This document shows, piece after piece, positions 19,099 through 28,758 of a DNA stretch of 64,000 nt. The translations under genes and the position numbers were made by a program. The DNA lies in the NCBI GenBank assembly GCA_030706745.1, contig JAUZNX010000004.1:218152-282151 (forward strand), written 5' to 3'. Source of the DNA: Bacteroidota bacterium (lineage in GTDB: Bacteria; Bacteroidota; Ignavibacteria; Palsa-1295). Within the stretch, counting starts at the first letter, position 1, and each line of letters opens with the position of its first letter. The notes under the pieces were generated by a model. The model ran no database searches. It was not told where the DNA came from and saw nothing but the letters and a program-made list of their open reading frames with translations.

Positions 19099-21969
19099 TC
19101 AGCGCGCCGAGCCCACGGGTTGGAGGTTTTTCTCTAGAACCTTGTATAATTGTTGGCTTGTGAACGGCTTGGTGAGATAATCGACGCAGCCGGCATCGAG
19201 TGCGGTTTGCCGATCCGTCTGTCCGGCAAAGGCAGTCACCGCAACAACCGGAATGCTGGCCGTGCGCGCATCGCGTTTGAGTTCGCGCGTCAGATCGAGC
19301 CCGGTAGTGAACTCACCGAGATTGATATCCATCAGAATCAGGTCGGGAAGCACTTGTGCGAGTGATTGCCGTGCCTGAAAGATATTGGTTGCCCGGATCA
19401 CATTGTATCGCGGTCGTAGTAATGCTTCGGCAAGCTTCACGGATTCGGGCGAATCCTCCACGAGCAGGATGGAGCGCATGACTTCTGGTTCTGTCTCTAC
19501 CACTGGTTCTGTATCTACCATTGGTACAGGCGAAGCTACCTCCACGCCTTGCGGCAGATTGCGGGGCAACTGCACCACGAACCGGCTTCCGGCACCGGGG
19601 GCGCTGTGCACTTCAATCGAGCCGCCCATGGCCAGTACGAGGTGACTTGCAATCGTCAATCCAAGGCCTGTGCCTTGATGGGTCCGGTCGAGGCCTGTCG
19701 ATACTTGATGAAATTCTTCAAAGATGTTTGGCAATCGCTCCTCCGCGATCCCAAGACCGGTATCCTCAACAACCAGTCGAAAGTCGCCGCTCAAGAGCTC
19801 ATCGCCAATCTTAAACGAATGAAATCCCGCTGGTACGTTTTCCAGGCAGTCCGATGCGGTGAGAATCCGGATAGTAACATCACCCTGCTCGGTAAACTTG
19901 ATTGCATTACCGACGAGGTTTGTCACCACACGCTCGAACTGTTGCGGATCGATGAGGGCCATTGCGTTTTGGAGCGTCGGTGTAAACCGTAGGCGGAGTT
20001 TTCGGCGCGCCGCGAGCGGTTCAAGCAATGCACAGGTGCGCTGCACTTCCGCATTCACATCCACCATCAACGGCGAGAGGACCACGCGGTGGGACTCGAC
20101 TTGGGCCAAATCGAGAATGCTGTTGATCGTCCCAAGGAGGCGTGTTGAGCTCGACTCGATAATGGACGCATAGTCTTTCAATTCAGGATCGGTCACACGC
20201 TCGGCCAGGATTCCCGCAAACCCCAGGATTGCCGTCATGGGCGTGCGGATCTCGTGACTCATATTGGCGAGAAAGCTCGATTTCAATTTACTCATTTCCT
20301 CGGCATGTTCCTTGGCGCTGAGCGCTTGGTTACGCTCCTGCTCGAGTTGAGCTTCGAGGGTTTTCCGTTCGGAGATGTCCTGCGCGCTTCCGACAACACG
20401 TACCGCCCAGTTCCGATTGTCACGCTCGATGACCCCACGGTCCCAGACCGAAATGTAATATCCATCCCGATGTTGAATGCGATATTCCATCTCATATTGC
20501 TTCTCGTGCCGCAATGCATTCTTCACAATCTCGCGAACACCAGGAAGATCTTCGGGATGGATTCGGCTGAGCCACCAATCGAGCTTGCGAGTAAACAGGT
20601 CAACATTGGGATCGAACCCAAGGAGCGGAAAGAGTCCCGGCGTATCGATGAACTCGCCGGTCTGAATGTTCCACTCATAGATGACAGCCGTGACCGCATC
20701 GGCAGCCAGCCGAAACCGGTCATTGGCTTGTCCCAGATCGCGCTCGGACTTAACACGTGCGGTAATATCATGCGTGGCTCCAACGAGACGAGTTGCTGTT
20801 CCCAATTCATCATAGGATACGATGCCTCGATCCCAAACCCATACCCAGTGACCGTCCTTATGAAGCATTCGATATTCTGCTTCGCAAATCTTACCGTTCG
20901 GAAACTGCTGAATGACCGCCCCGTTTGCTATGGCGAGATCTTCGGGATGAATGCGGGACTGCCACCACGTGAGCGTTGCCGTCTCCGGCTCCGCGATCGG
21001 GTCATATCCCAATAAGGCCAGAAGACTGGCCGACCGTCTGGACTCGCCGGTAGTCAAATTCAAATCGTAAATCATCGAATTGACCGCTTTGGAGGCGAGT
21101 TGAAACCGCTCGTTCGCTTCCTTCAACTCTTGCTCAGCACGAACCTGTGCCGTTACATCCTTCAAAAGTGCGATACGCGCGGGTTTCCCATGATATTCAA
21201 TGGGGCCGCTATTCACGTCCACATGAATGAGGCTTCCATCTTTCTTCTGGTGGAGTTGGATGCCACGCACGGAGTTTCCTTCCTTCGCCATGAGTGGCAG
21301 AAGATCTTTGAGCCGTTCTCGTTCCGAAGGTGGGCGAATGTCCCAAATTGTCAAACTCGTAAATTCTTCCAGGCTGTAGCCATATTGCCGGCAGGTCGCA
21401 GGATTGACCTTCAGGATTCGGAGCGTTTCCGGATCGATCACCCACATTGCAAGGGGACTACTTTCGAATAACATCCGGTACTGTGCTTCGGAGGTCACCA
21501 ACTGTCTCGATTCCTCCCAAGTCGCGGTCACGTCTTTCCCAAAAACTGCGACGGATTCGATCTCATCTCCACTGCGAATCGGGTTGAACGAAAATTGGAT
21601 AATCGATCGGCCCGCGGGCGTATCGTAGGGTCGTTCAACGGAGAATTGCTCGCCGGCGAATGCGCGATCGTAGGCATCATTCCAAAACGAAGCCTCGCCC
21701 GGTGGAAGAAATGCTCCGAGGTCCATCCCCTGGGTGAGTTGGACGCCGTAGATCCGTTGCATGATCTCCTCCAGGATCGAATTGAAAGCAACCAGGCGGC
21801 GATCCCGATCGACCGAGCTAATTGCCTGGTCCGAATGATCGAGGACTGTTTTCAGTCTCATGTGAAATCGGGATAATTCTGCATTCGAATTTTGGAAAGG
21901 CATTTCTTCCAACATTCCCGATGAAATGTCAGACTGCATTTCCGGCTCTTTCTGATACGGTCGCTGCAA
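19099..21969 (-). CDS. Cytoplasmic multi-PAS hybrid sensor histidine kinase / response regulator
   Basis: Four PAS/PAC domains; FLANMSHEIRTPM, NLVGNAIKFT, DTGLGI, GTGLGL; REC domain LLVED..DLILMD..KP. Confidence 0.93.
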   Translation of the reverse strand: MQRPYQKEPEMQSDISSGMLEEMPFQNSNAELSRFHMRLKTVLDHSDQAISSVDRDRRLVAFNSILEEIMQRIYGVQLTQGMDLGAFLPPGEASFWNDAYDRAFAGEQFSVERPYDTPAGRSIIQFSFNPIRSGDEIESVAVFGKDVTATWEESRQLVTSEAQYRMLFESSPLAMWVIDPETLRILKVNPATCRQYGYSLEEFTSLTIWDIRPPSERERLKDLLPLMAKEGNSVRGIQLHQKKDGSLIHVDVNSGPIEYHGKPARIALLKDVTAQVRAEQELKEANERFQLASKAVNSMIYDLNLTTGESRRSASLLALLGYDPIAEPETATLTWWQSRIHPEDLAIANGAVIQQFPNGKICEAEYRMLHKDGHWVWVWDRGIVSYDELGTATRLVGATHDITARVKSERDLGQANDRFRLAADAVTAVIYEWNIQTGEFIDTPGLFPLLGFDPNVDLFTRKLDWWLSRIHPEDLPGVREIVKNALRHEKQYEMEYRIQHRDGYYISVWDRGVIERDNRNWAVRVVGSAQDISERKTLEAQLEQERNQALSAKEHAEEMSKLKSSFLANMSHEIRTPMTAILGFAGILAERVTDPELKDYASIIESSSTRLLGTINSILDLAQVESHRVVLSPLMVDVNAEVQRTCALLEPLAARRKLRLRFTPTLQNAMALIDPQQFERVVTNLVGNAIKFTEQGDVTIRILTASDCLENVPAGFHSFKIGDELLSGDFRLVVEDTGLGIAEERLPNIFEEFHQVSTGLDRTHQGTGLGLTIASHLVLAMGGSIEVHSAPGAGSRFVVQLPRNLPQGVEVASPVPMVDTEPVVETEPEVMRSILLVEDSPESVKLAEALLRPRYNVIRATNIFQARQSLAQVLPDLILMDINLGEFTTGLDLTRELKRDARTASIPVVAVTAFAGQTDRQTALDAGCVDYLTKPFTSQQLYKVLEKNLQPVGSAR

Positions 21970-22136
21970 TTTTGGCGAAAAACAAAGCGTTTAAGTACAA
22001 GTTCTCAGCTTAAGGGATATCTTCCAGGCAACCGTCAAGTTTTCTTACCATTGCTTTTACACCAACTCGCAAAAGCCGGTTCCCTCAGTAGGTTTTTCCG
22101 AACGCAGATGTGTGTTCGATAGTTAGTCGGTCAGCA

Positions 22137-22209
22137 GCACCAGTAGCTCAATGGATAGAGTACCGGTCTTCGGAACCGAGGGTTGGGGGTTCGAGTCCCT
22201 CCTGGTGCA
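22137..22209 (+). tRNA. tRNA-Arg (anticodon TCG), CCA not encoded
   Basis: Acceptor gcaccag/ctggtgc, D-arm gctc..gagt, anticodon loop cttcgga, T-loop ttcgagt. Confidence 0.93.
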
Positions 22210-22333
22210 CATCGCGAGTCAAATATAAGACAGTCCCAGGATCACGTCACACATAGTTGTCAACATAAGTCAACTCATCCGGTGACAGGCGGCATAGGCC
22301 TTGTAGTTTTCCGAGTTATTTCGGAATATTATC

Positions 22334-22735
22334 ATGAGCTACAACCGTAATCCCTATCTCTTATCCATACTCTGCGCTATTGGACTTTTCGTCGTGGGAT
22401 GCACCAGCTCCCAAAAGTCTACGAATGGCTCAACCTTTAATAAAACCGCTACGGGCAGTATTGTCCAAGTGACCGAGGATGAGTACCACATCCACATGCC
22501 GACCGCATTTCCGGGTCCAATCGTCTCGTTCCATATCACGAATATGGGGGAGCACAATCATAACTTCAAGATCAAAGGTGGTAGTGTCGAGCAACAGCTA
22601 CCAGCCGAGATCCTCCCCGGACAGAGCGCGGATTTAACCGCGCATCTCGCACCGGGACAATATGATATCTATTGCCCCTTATTGGGTCACTCCGATCTCG
22701 GAATGCGCCTGACCGTGACTGTTACGCAGCCATAG
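22334..22735 (+). CDS. Cupredoxin-domain lipoprotein
   Basis: Lipobox VVGC; HN...C-PLLG-H-SDLG-M type-1 copper ligands. Confidence 0.8.
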   Translation: MSYNRNPYLLSILCAIGLFVVGCTSSQKSTNGSTFNKTATGSIVQVTEDEYHIHMPTAFPGPIVSFHITNMGEHNHNFKIKGGSVEQQLPAEILPGQSADLTAHLAPGQYDIYCPLLGHSDLGMRLTVTVTQP

Positions 22736-22761
22736 GTTTGGCCACAAGATCAGCCATACGA

Positions 22762-25251
22762 TTACCAGATCTCTGGAAATTGGGTCGGGTCGCTCTCGCG
22801 CATGAGCGAGTATGCGGCTTCGAGGACGTCTTCGACTTGTGGTTTCGAAAAATAATCGCCGTCTGTCGCATAGGCCGGACGGTGGTCTTTCGCGGTGAGC
22901 GTCACCGGCTTCGCATCGAGCCAGCGATATCCATCCTGCTTTTCGAGAACCTCTCGGAGCATATACGCAGAAGCTCCGCCGGGGACATCTTCGTCTAAGA
23001 AGATGATACGGCTGGTCTTCTTAATAGACTCCAGGATTCTGCCGTGAATGTCGAACGGCAACAAGGTCTGCACATCGATTACCTCGAGCGAGACTCCAAG
23101 TTTTTCGAGTTCGACCGCCGCGTCCATCGCAATGCGGCACGACGCGCCATACGTTACGAGCGTAATGTCCGATCCTTCGCGTAAGATTTCCGGGATGCCT
23201 AGCGGTACCGTAAACTCACCAATGTTTGCGGGGATTGTCTCCTTGAGACGATAACCGTTTAACACTTCCACAATGAGCGCTGGATCGTCCGAGCGGAACA
23301 TGGTATTGTAAAAGCCGGCGGCTTGTGTCATGTTTCGCGGCACGAGCACGTACATTCCACGCAGCGCACTCAGGATCATACCCATCGGCGAGCCGGAGTG
23401 CCACACGCCTTCTAATCGGTGACCACGCGTTCGGACGATGACCGGCGCCTTCTGTCCGGATTTGGTCCGCCATCGTACTGTTGCCAGATCGTCCGAAATT
23501 GTTTGAAGTGCAAACAGTAAATAATCGATGTACTGAATTTCGACGATCGGTCTCAGACCGCGCATCGCAGCGCCAATGCCCTGACCGACGATGGTCGCCT
23601 CGCGAATGCCGGTATCGGTCACGCGGCTTTCACCGAACTTCGCCTGTAAATCTTCGAAGCCTTTATTGACATCGCCGATCACGCCGATGTCCTCGCCGAT
23701 GGCAAAGATGCGCGGGTCGCGTGCCAAGGCATGATCGAAACAGGCCTGCATCACCTGGCGGCCATCCACCTTGGCTTCGTTGCCAGTGTATTCTGCTTTG
23801 ATCTCCGGCACCCGTAACGCGGACTCCGAACTCTCGCTATAAATGTGCGACGTATACTCGTCGAAGTGCCTGGCATCCGCCTGACATTTCCATGCCAGTA
23901 ATTCTGCGGCGATAGCAGGATTCTTCACGAGGCGGAGCACTTTCCCGACTGCGCTGTATACGTCCTTATCGAAGGGCTCTTTGATCGCGTTCAGCGAATC
24001 CTTGATGGCAAGGACCTCGCTCCCGCTCTCGACCTGCGCCGCTATGCGCTCGAAGATTGCGCTCACTTCCGCAATGCCGGTTTGAATCGGTGCAAGATAT
24101 CCATCCCACGCGGCTTGTTTGGCTTGATCGACGATCTTCTTATCCTCGGCTTCAATCGAATCAACTTCTTCCGCGCTTGCAATGCCGGAGTCAATAAGCC
24201 ACTGGCGCATGCGCTTGACGCAATCATGCCGATCCTCCCACTCGAGGCGCTCTTTCGATTTATAGCGTTCGTGCGAACCTGAAGTCGAGTGGCCTTGTGG
24301 TTGAGTCAGCTCCGCGATATGAAGGAATACCGGTGTATGCTCCTTGCGGGCGCGCTCGGTGCCTTCGCGATAGGCCTTCACCAACTCTGCATAGTCCCAC
24401 CCGTTGACTCGGTAAATCAGATAGCCTTCACCAAACTCGTTCGTCTCGAATCCTCGGAGTATGGCAGAAATATCTTCTTTGCACGTCTGGTATTTAGCTG
24501 GCACACTGATACCGTAGCCATCGTCCCACACACTAATTGCCATTGGGATACGCAGCACACCCGCGGCATTGAACGCTTCCCAGAATAATCCTTCAGAGGT
24601 CGAGGCATTGCCGATCGTGCCGAACGCAACTTCGTTACCGTGATCGGAGAATTGTTCGAAGCCCTCCTGCAATACTGGTGTCTCGCGAAAAAGTTTTGAA
24701 GCATACGCGAGTCCGACCAGGCGTGGCATTTGTCCGCTTGTCGGCGAGATGTCCGCGGACGAATTCTTCTGCTTCATGAGGTCTTTCCATGAGCCGTCCT
24801 CTTTCAAACTCCGCGTAGCAAAGTGGCCATTCATCATCCGTCCGGCCGATGCAGGTTCGGCCTCGATAGACGTATGGGCATACAACTGTGCGAAGAACTC
24901 CTGAATAGTGTAGAGGCCCGCAGCGAACATGAACGTCTGATCGCGGTAGTAGCCGCTACGCCAGTCGCCGTTTTTGAATGCGCGTGCCATGGCAACCTGC
25001 GGGACTTCTTTGCCATCGCCGAAAATCCCGAATTTCGCCTTGCCGGTCAGCACTTCGCGCCGGCCGAGCAGACTCGCTAATCGACTTTGATGCGATATTC
25101 GATAATCGTTGAGAATTTCTTCGCGCGTGAGTCCGAGCTCGCGCCAGGTTTCCGTCTTTGTTTTCTTGTCTGACACCGTATGGCCATTAGAGCCATTTTT
25201 GGGGAGGTCCGTCGTGTCAGATCGTTTTGCCTTTGCGGCCTTGGTTGGCAT
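22762..25251 (-). CDS. 2-oxoacid (branched-chain) dehydrogenase E1, fused alpha+beta
   Basis: GKAKFGIFGDGKE, GYYRDQT, GHSTSGSHERY, DTGIREATI.G, EIQY.DY. Confidence 0.92.
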   Translation of the reverse strand: MPTKAAKAKRSDTTDLPKNGSNGHTVSDKKTKTETWRELGLTREEILNDYRISHQSRLASLLGRREVLTGKAKFGIFGDGKEVPQVAMARAFKNGDWRSGYYRDQTFMFAAGLYTIQEFFAQLYAHTSIEAEPASAGRMMNGHFATRSLKEDGSWKDLMKQKNSSADISPTSGQMPRLVGLAYASKLFRETPVLQEGFEQFSDHGNEVAFGTIGNASTSEGLFWEAFNAAGVLRIPMAISVWDDGYGISVPAKYQTCKEDISAILRGFETNEFGEGYLIYRVNGWDYAELVKAYREGTERARKEHTPVFLHIAELTQPQGHSTSGSHERYKSKERLEWEDRHDCVKRMRQWLIDSGIASAEEVDSIEAEDKKIVDQAKQAAWDGYLAPIQTGIAEVSAIFERIAAQVESGSEVLAIKDSLNAIKEPFDKDVYSAVGKVLRLVKNPAIAAELLAWKCQADARHFDEYTSHIYSESSESALRVPEIKAEYTGNEAKVDGRQVMQACFDHALARDPRIFAIGEDIGVIGDVNKGFEDLQAKFGESRVTDTGIREATIVGQGIGAAMRGLRPIVEIQYIDYLLFALQTISDDLATVRWRTKSGQKAPVIVRTRGHRLEGVWHSGSPMGMILSALRGMYVLVPRNMTQAAGFYNTMFRSDDPALIVEVLNGYRLKETIPANIGEFTVPLGIPEILREGSDITLVTYGASCRIAMDAAVELEKLGVSLEVIDVQTLLPFDIHGRILESIKKTSRIIFLDEDVPGGASAYMLREVLEKQDGYRWLDAKPVTLTAKDHRPAYATDGDYFSKPQVEDVLEAAYSLMRESDPTQFPEIW

Positions 25252-25486
25252 AGTTGCCGCGTAAACAGAAGGGGGAGAGGTTTTTATCCCTGAGCAATGC
25301 CAGAATTGCGCGCCGAACGCCCGGGTTCTGCAAGTTGGAGGGTTTGGATGGCTTCAACAGAGACTGAATCTTGATTTTATGAGATTGCCAGAGATAAGTC
25401 AGATTGTTTCCCCCGATTCAATCTGCCGCATGTCCGGTCAATCTCATAAAATCAAGATTCAGCCTCTAGGTCGAGAGTCCAGGCCG

Positions 25487-26374
25487 TCAGGCAAGGACTG
25501 GTTCTATCTGCCGGTACTTCTTCATCCACGTCACCTGCCGCTTGGCATATTGGCGGGTGCGGATAACAATTCGTTCGCGGGCCTCCTGAAGCGAGAGAAG
25601 GCCTTCGACAACATCGAACATTTCCCGATAGCCAATTGCACGCATCCCATAGGCTTCGCGCGTGACGCCGCGGCGCATCAGACGTTCGGCTTCGATGGGC
25701 CAGCCTCGCGCGATCATCCGATCGACTCGTACTTCAATTCGATGCCAGATTTCCGGGCGGGGATGATCGATGACGTGAAACTCCGGTTCATACTCGAATG
25801 GCTCTGGTTTGCGCTCTCGAGCGACACCAAGCGGCTCGCCCGTCGCATAGAAATGCTCCCAGGCCCGCTGCAAGCGGATCGGGTTCATCTCGCGGAGAAT
25901 CTGATCGAATAGGACAGGATCGACTCCTCGAAGACGCTGGTGCATTTCCTCGAATCCATATTCCTCGATCTCGGACCGGGTCCGGTCTCGAGCGGCATCG
26001 AGTTTCCCATTGAGGGGCTCGACAGATATGATCCCATCGAAGAGGGCATCGATATACAGCCCGGTCCCTCCAACCACAATTGGTGTCTTGCCACGACTCA
26101 TGATGTCGCGGATTGCTTCACGCCCCAGGCGGGAATACTCGGCGGCACTGAAGTGATCGTGTGGATCGAGAAAGTCGATCAGATGGTGCGGAATGCGCGA
26201 AAGGGTATCTTTGTCCGGCTTTGCGGTACCGATATCAAACCCACGATAGAGTAAGAATGCATCGGCATTGATAATCTCGACCAGCGGATCCGCTTCGGCA
26301 ATCCTCAGGGCAAAGTCTGTCTTGCCCGCTGCCGTAGGACCTGTAACGACCAAAATTGTGCGTAAATATGTCAC
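25487..26374 (-). CDS. miaA: tRNA dimethylallyltransferase
   Basis: GPTAAGKT, DIGTAKP, PHHLID, VGGTGLY, AIGYRE, TRQYAKRQ.TW; start approximate. Confidence 0.95.
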   Translation of the reverse strand: MTYLRTILVVTGPTAAGKTDFALRIAEADPLVEIINADAFLLYRGFDIGTAKPDKDTLSRIPHHLIDFLDPHDHFSAAEYSRLGREAIRDIMSRGKTPIVVGGTGLYIDALFDGIISVEPLNGKLDAARDRTRSEIEEYGFEEMHQRLRGVDPVLFDQILREMNPIRLQRAWEHFYATGEPLGVARERKPEPFEYEPEFHVIDHPRPEIWHRIEVRVDRMIARGWPIEAERLMRRGVTREAYGMRAIGYREMFDVVEGLLSLQEARERIVIRTRQYAKRQVTWMKKYRQIEPVLA

Positions 26375-26573
26375 GGGGAGAGCATGGGTAAGGAGGTAAC
26401 GAAGGAAAATCCCGTTCTCAGTTGTGAAAAACCGTTCATACTGTTTCATCACACAAAAAGAACGAGATTTTTGAGTATTATTTCCAGTCACCTCCGCGGT
26501 GACATTCTACCGGCAAGGCATATTTTAAGAAAGGCGTTTCGTAAGAAAAATATCGAGGGACCTCTCTAAGATG

Positions 26574-27239
26574 TCAAGCGGACCAGCCCTCTTTCCCGAT
26601 GAGTGGGACAAACGCAAAATCAATCAGCTCCTCGGCCTTCAACTCGTCTCCATTCTTTCGGATCAAATACATGCGTTGCCGACCCATATCGCCAATGGGA
26701 ATCACCAAGCGGCCACCATTTGGCGAAAGTTGTTTGGCGAGCGATTCCGGTACGTCCGGGGCGCCGGCAGTGACGAGGATGGCGTCGAACGGTGCGTATT
26801 CGGACCAACCGCGTGTTCCATCGCCAGCTCGGGAAATCACTCGATATCCGAGTGATTCCAAGCGTTTGCGTGCTACTTCCAGCAACGGGATATGCCGCTC
26901 GATCGTATAGACACGCATTCCCATTTGTGCCAGTATCGCCGCCTGATAGCCAGAGCCGGTGCCGATTTCCAGGATCTTCTCGCCGGGTTTTAGCCCGAGA
27001 ACTTCTGTTTGATATGCTACGGCAAATGGCTGGGAGATCGTCTGTCCCTCACCGATTGGCAGCGCGGAATCTTCATATGCCTGACGCACGAATGTTGCTT
27101 CTAAAAATCGCTCGCGTGGGACTTTCGAGATTGCATCGAGCACCCGTTCATCGCGGATGCCTCGGGCGCGGAGTTCTTCGACCAATCGTTCGCGGGCAAT
27201 TGAGACCATCCCGCCATGTTTCTTCGCTTGCAGTTGCAC
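26574..27239 (-). CDS. pcm: Protein-L-isoaspartate O-methyltransferase
   Basis: VPRE.F, AYED.ALPIG.GQTISQP, LEIGTGSGYQ, GG.LVIP.G, FVPL. Confidence 0.96.
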   Translation of the reverse strand: MQLQAKKHGGMVSIARERLVEELRARGIRDERVLDAISKVPRERFLEATFVRQAYEDSALPIGEGQTISQPFAVAYQTEVLGLKPGEKILEIGTGSGYQAAILAQMGMRVYTIERHIPLLEVARKRLESLGYRVISRAGDGTRGWSEYAPFDAILVTAGAPDVPESLAKQLSPNGGRLVIPIGDMGRQRMYLIRKNGDELKAEELIDFAFVPLIGKEGWSA

Positions 27240-27270
27240 GTGTTCTTAACTACGAATTCAAAATGCTATA

Positions 27271-28098
27271 CTAATATCCATAGACGATCCCGCCATCTTC
27301 GATCGAGAGCCATTCTCCTTCTGGCACGAACGAACGCTCGCGAGTCGATGGCGTGGAGAACCGGTCATCCAGAGGGATTTCGAACCGCACCGCCGTCCGC
27401 GCATCAACCGGCCCGATCAACCAATAGTCGCAGCAACCTTCATGTTGCTTGCGGAGTCCGAGCGCATCGAATACGCGCCGTAGCAATGCTTGCGAGGAAT
27501 CGCTCGCGGTCAGCAGAAGCCAGGAGATCCGCCGGTAACTATTCGATTCTGCTGGCGCGCCGGTCGGAGTGATCGGAGCGCGACGGCTTTCGCCTGCGCC
27601 ATCGCGCGGCACAAACACCATGTCGAGCGGTGCAATGCCGCGCAGACCAAACCCGGAGGAGGTCAGCGGTCCGTGCGGAATCGCCAGCGAGTCGAATCGC
27701 GCGAGCACATTCGAAACATCATCGACCGCGAAACTTACTCCTGCAACATGATCGCCGTATGCCGCGAGCGCGCGAGCCTTCCAATCACTCGTGTCCAATT
27801 TTGAGCTGGAGACGAAATCGATCGACTCTCCACTCGGCAACCGGATCGTGACCGGACCATAGGGCGCAAATTCTTCCGGGCCAAACGAAAACCCCTGCAG
27901 AAGAAACGAGCGCATCGTGCTATCCAAATTCGCCGTAAGATAGGTAATGCGCTCCAAACGGATGGAGGAGGTCTGCGCCTGCAACCGGCCAGGCGTGACC
28001 AGCGAGGAGACCGGGAACACCAGTAAGCAGATTGGGAACATCCGCCCAATTTGCTTCAGAATGGCCATTCTTGCTTTCAGACAATCACTCAAAGGCAC
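27271..28098 (-). CDS. Secreted hypothetical protein, possible VOC/glyoxalase-like fold
   Basis: Signal-like N-terminus ending LQA-Q; LERITY..NLD, GVSFAVDDV pattern; start uncertain. Confidence 0.5.
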   Translation of the reverse strand: MPLSDCLKARMAILKQIGRMFPICLLVFPVSSLVTPGRLQAQTSSIRLERITYLTANLDSTMRSFLLQGFSFGPEEFAPYGPVTIRLPSGESIDFVSSSKLDTSDWKARALAAYGDHVAGVSFAVDDVSNVLARFDSLAIPHGPLTSSGFGLRGIAPLDMVFVPRDGAGESRRAPITPTGAPAESNSYRRISWLLLTASDSSQALLRRVFDALGLRKQHEGCCDYWLIGPVDARTAVRFEIPLDDRFSTPSTRERSFVPEGEWLSIEDGGIVYGY

Positions 28099-28291
28099 TT
28101 TTTTGCCCGGTTAGCTGTACTCAACGCGCCTAACTTAGCTTCTTCTTATGCAAAGGAAACTTTGAACAGGGATCCTCGCGGGAGAGTTAAGCGAATCGCG
28201 AACAAGATAGTTTGACAAATTGCCGCCGATGATGGGCCATCGCGGGCGAGCGGTCATCAAACGATCACTACCCAACGAACAAACGACGCCT

Positions 28292-28573
28292 ATGCGCATG
28301 CAGTCGAAAGATAAAGAAATCCTTCCGGGCACCGAAGAGCCGAGCATCAAGATCGGCACACCGCTCAGCCGATTGCAGGTCTCCCTCATCCAGGAATCGC
28401 TCCGCGAGACCGGATGGAAGCATTCGGACTACTTCCACGGCAACCACACGCCGGGCGGCATCCGTCCAACGTTCAAGATGACCGTCTTCCAGGCCAAAGC
28501 CGGACTCAAGCGCTCCGAAGTCGTCCAGAAAATCCAGGGCATCGTCGGGAAGTTCAAAGAAGAGAAGGCGTAA
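28292..28573 (+). CDS. Small basic hypothetical protein upstream of the type III R-M locus
   Basis: Open frame with GC-rich third positions, followed by a hairpin and T-run; start uncertain (28220-28298). Confidence 0.55.
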   Translation: MRMQSKDKEILPGTEEPSIKIGTPLSRLQVSLIQESLRETGWKHSDYFHGNHTPGGIRPTFKMTVFQAKAGLKRSEVVQKIQGIVGKFKEEKA

Positions 28574-28599
28574 GCCGCGCGTTTCCCGAGGCGAGCGCC

Positions 28600-28695
28600 A
28601 GCCCCAGCGGGGCGAAATATTTCAAGCCCCCGGCGTAAGCCGGGGGTTTTGCGTTTTTGGTTGAGATCATGAGTCCCGTTAGGGATGGAATATAA
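28600..28695. repeat. REP-like palindromes; the cccccggc hairpin may act as a terminator
   Basis: agccccagcggggcgaaa...agcccccggcgtaagccgggggtttt, plus agtcccgttagggat. Confidence 0.55.
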
Positions 28696-28758
28696 ACGCG
28701 AGGAAACCGAAACCTCCGAATTTCCTTTCCAGCATGCGCGATTAAACCCTGATTCAAC

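Noticed and set aside
22137-22209. tRNA-anchored genomic island
   Set aside because: No duplicated tRNA 3' end and no integrase seen in the window
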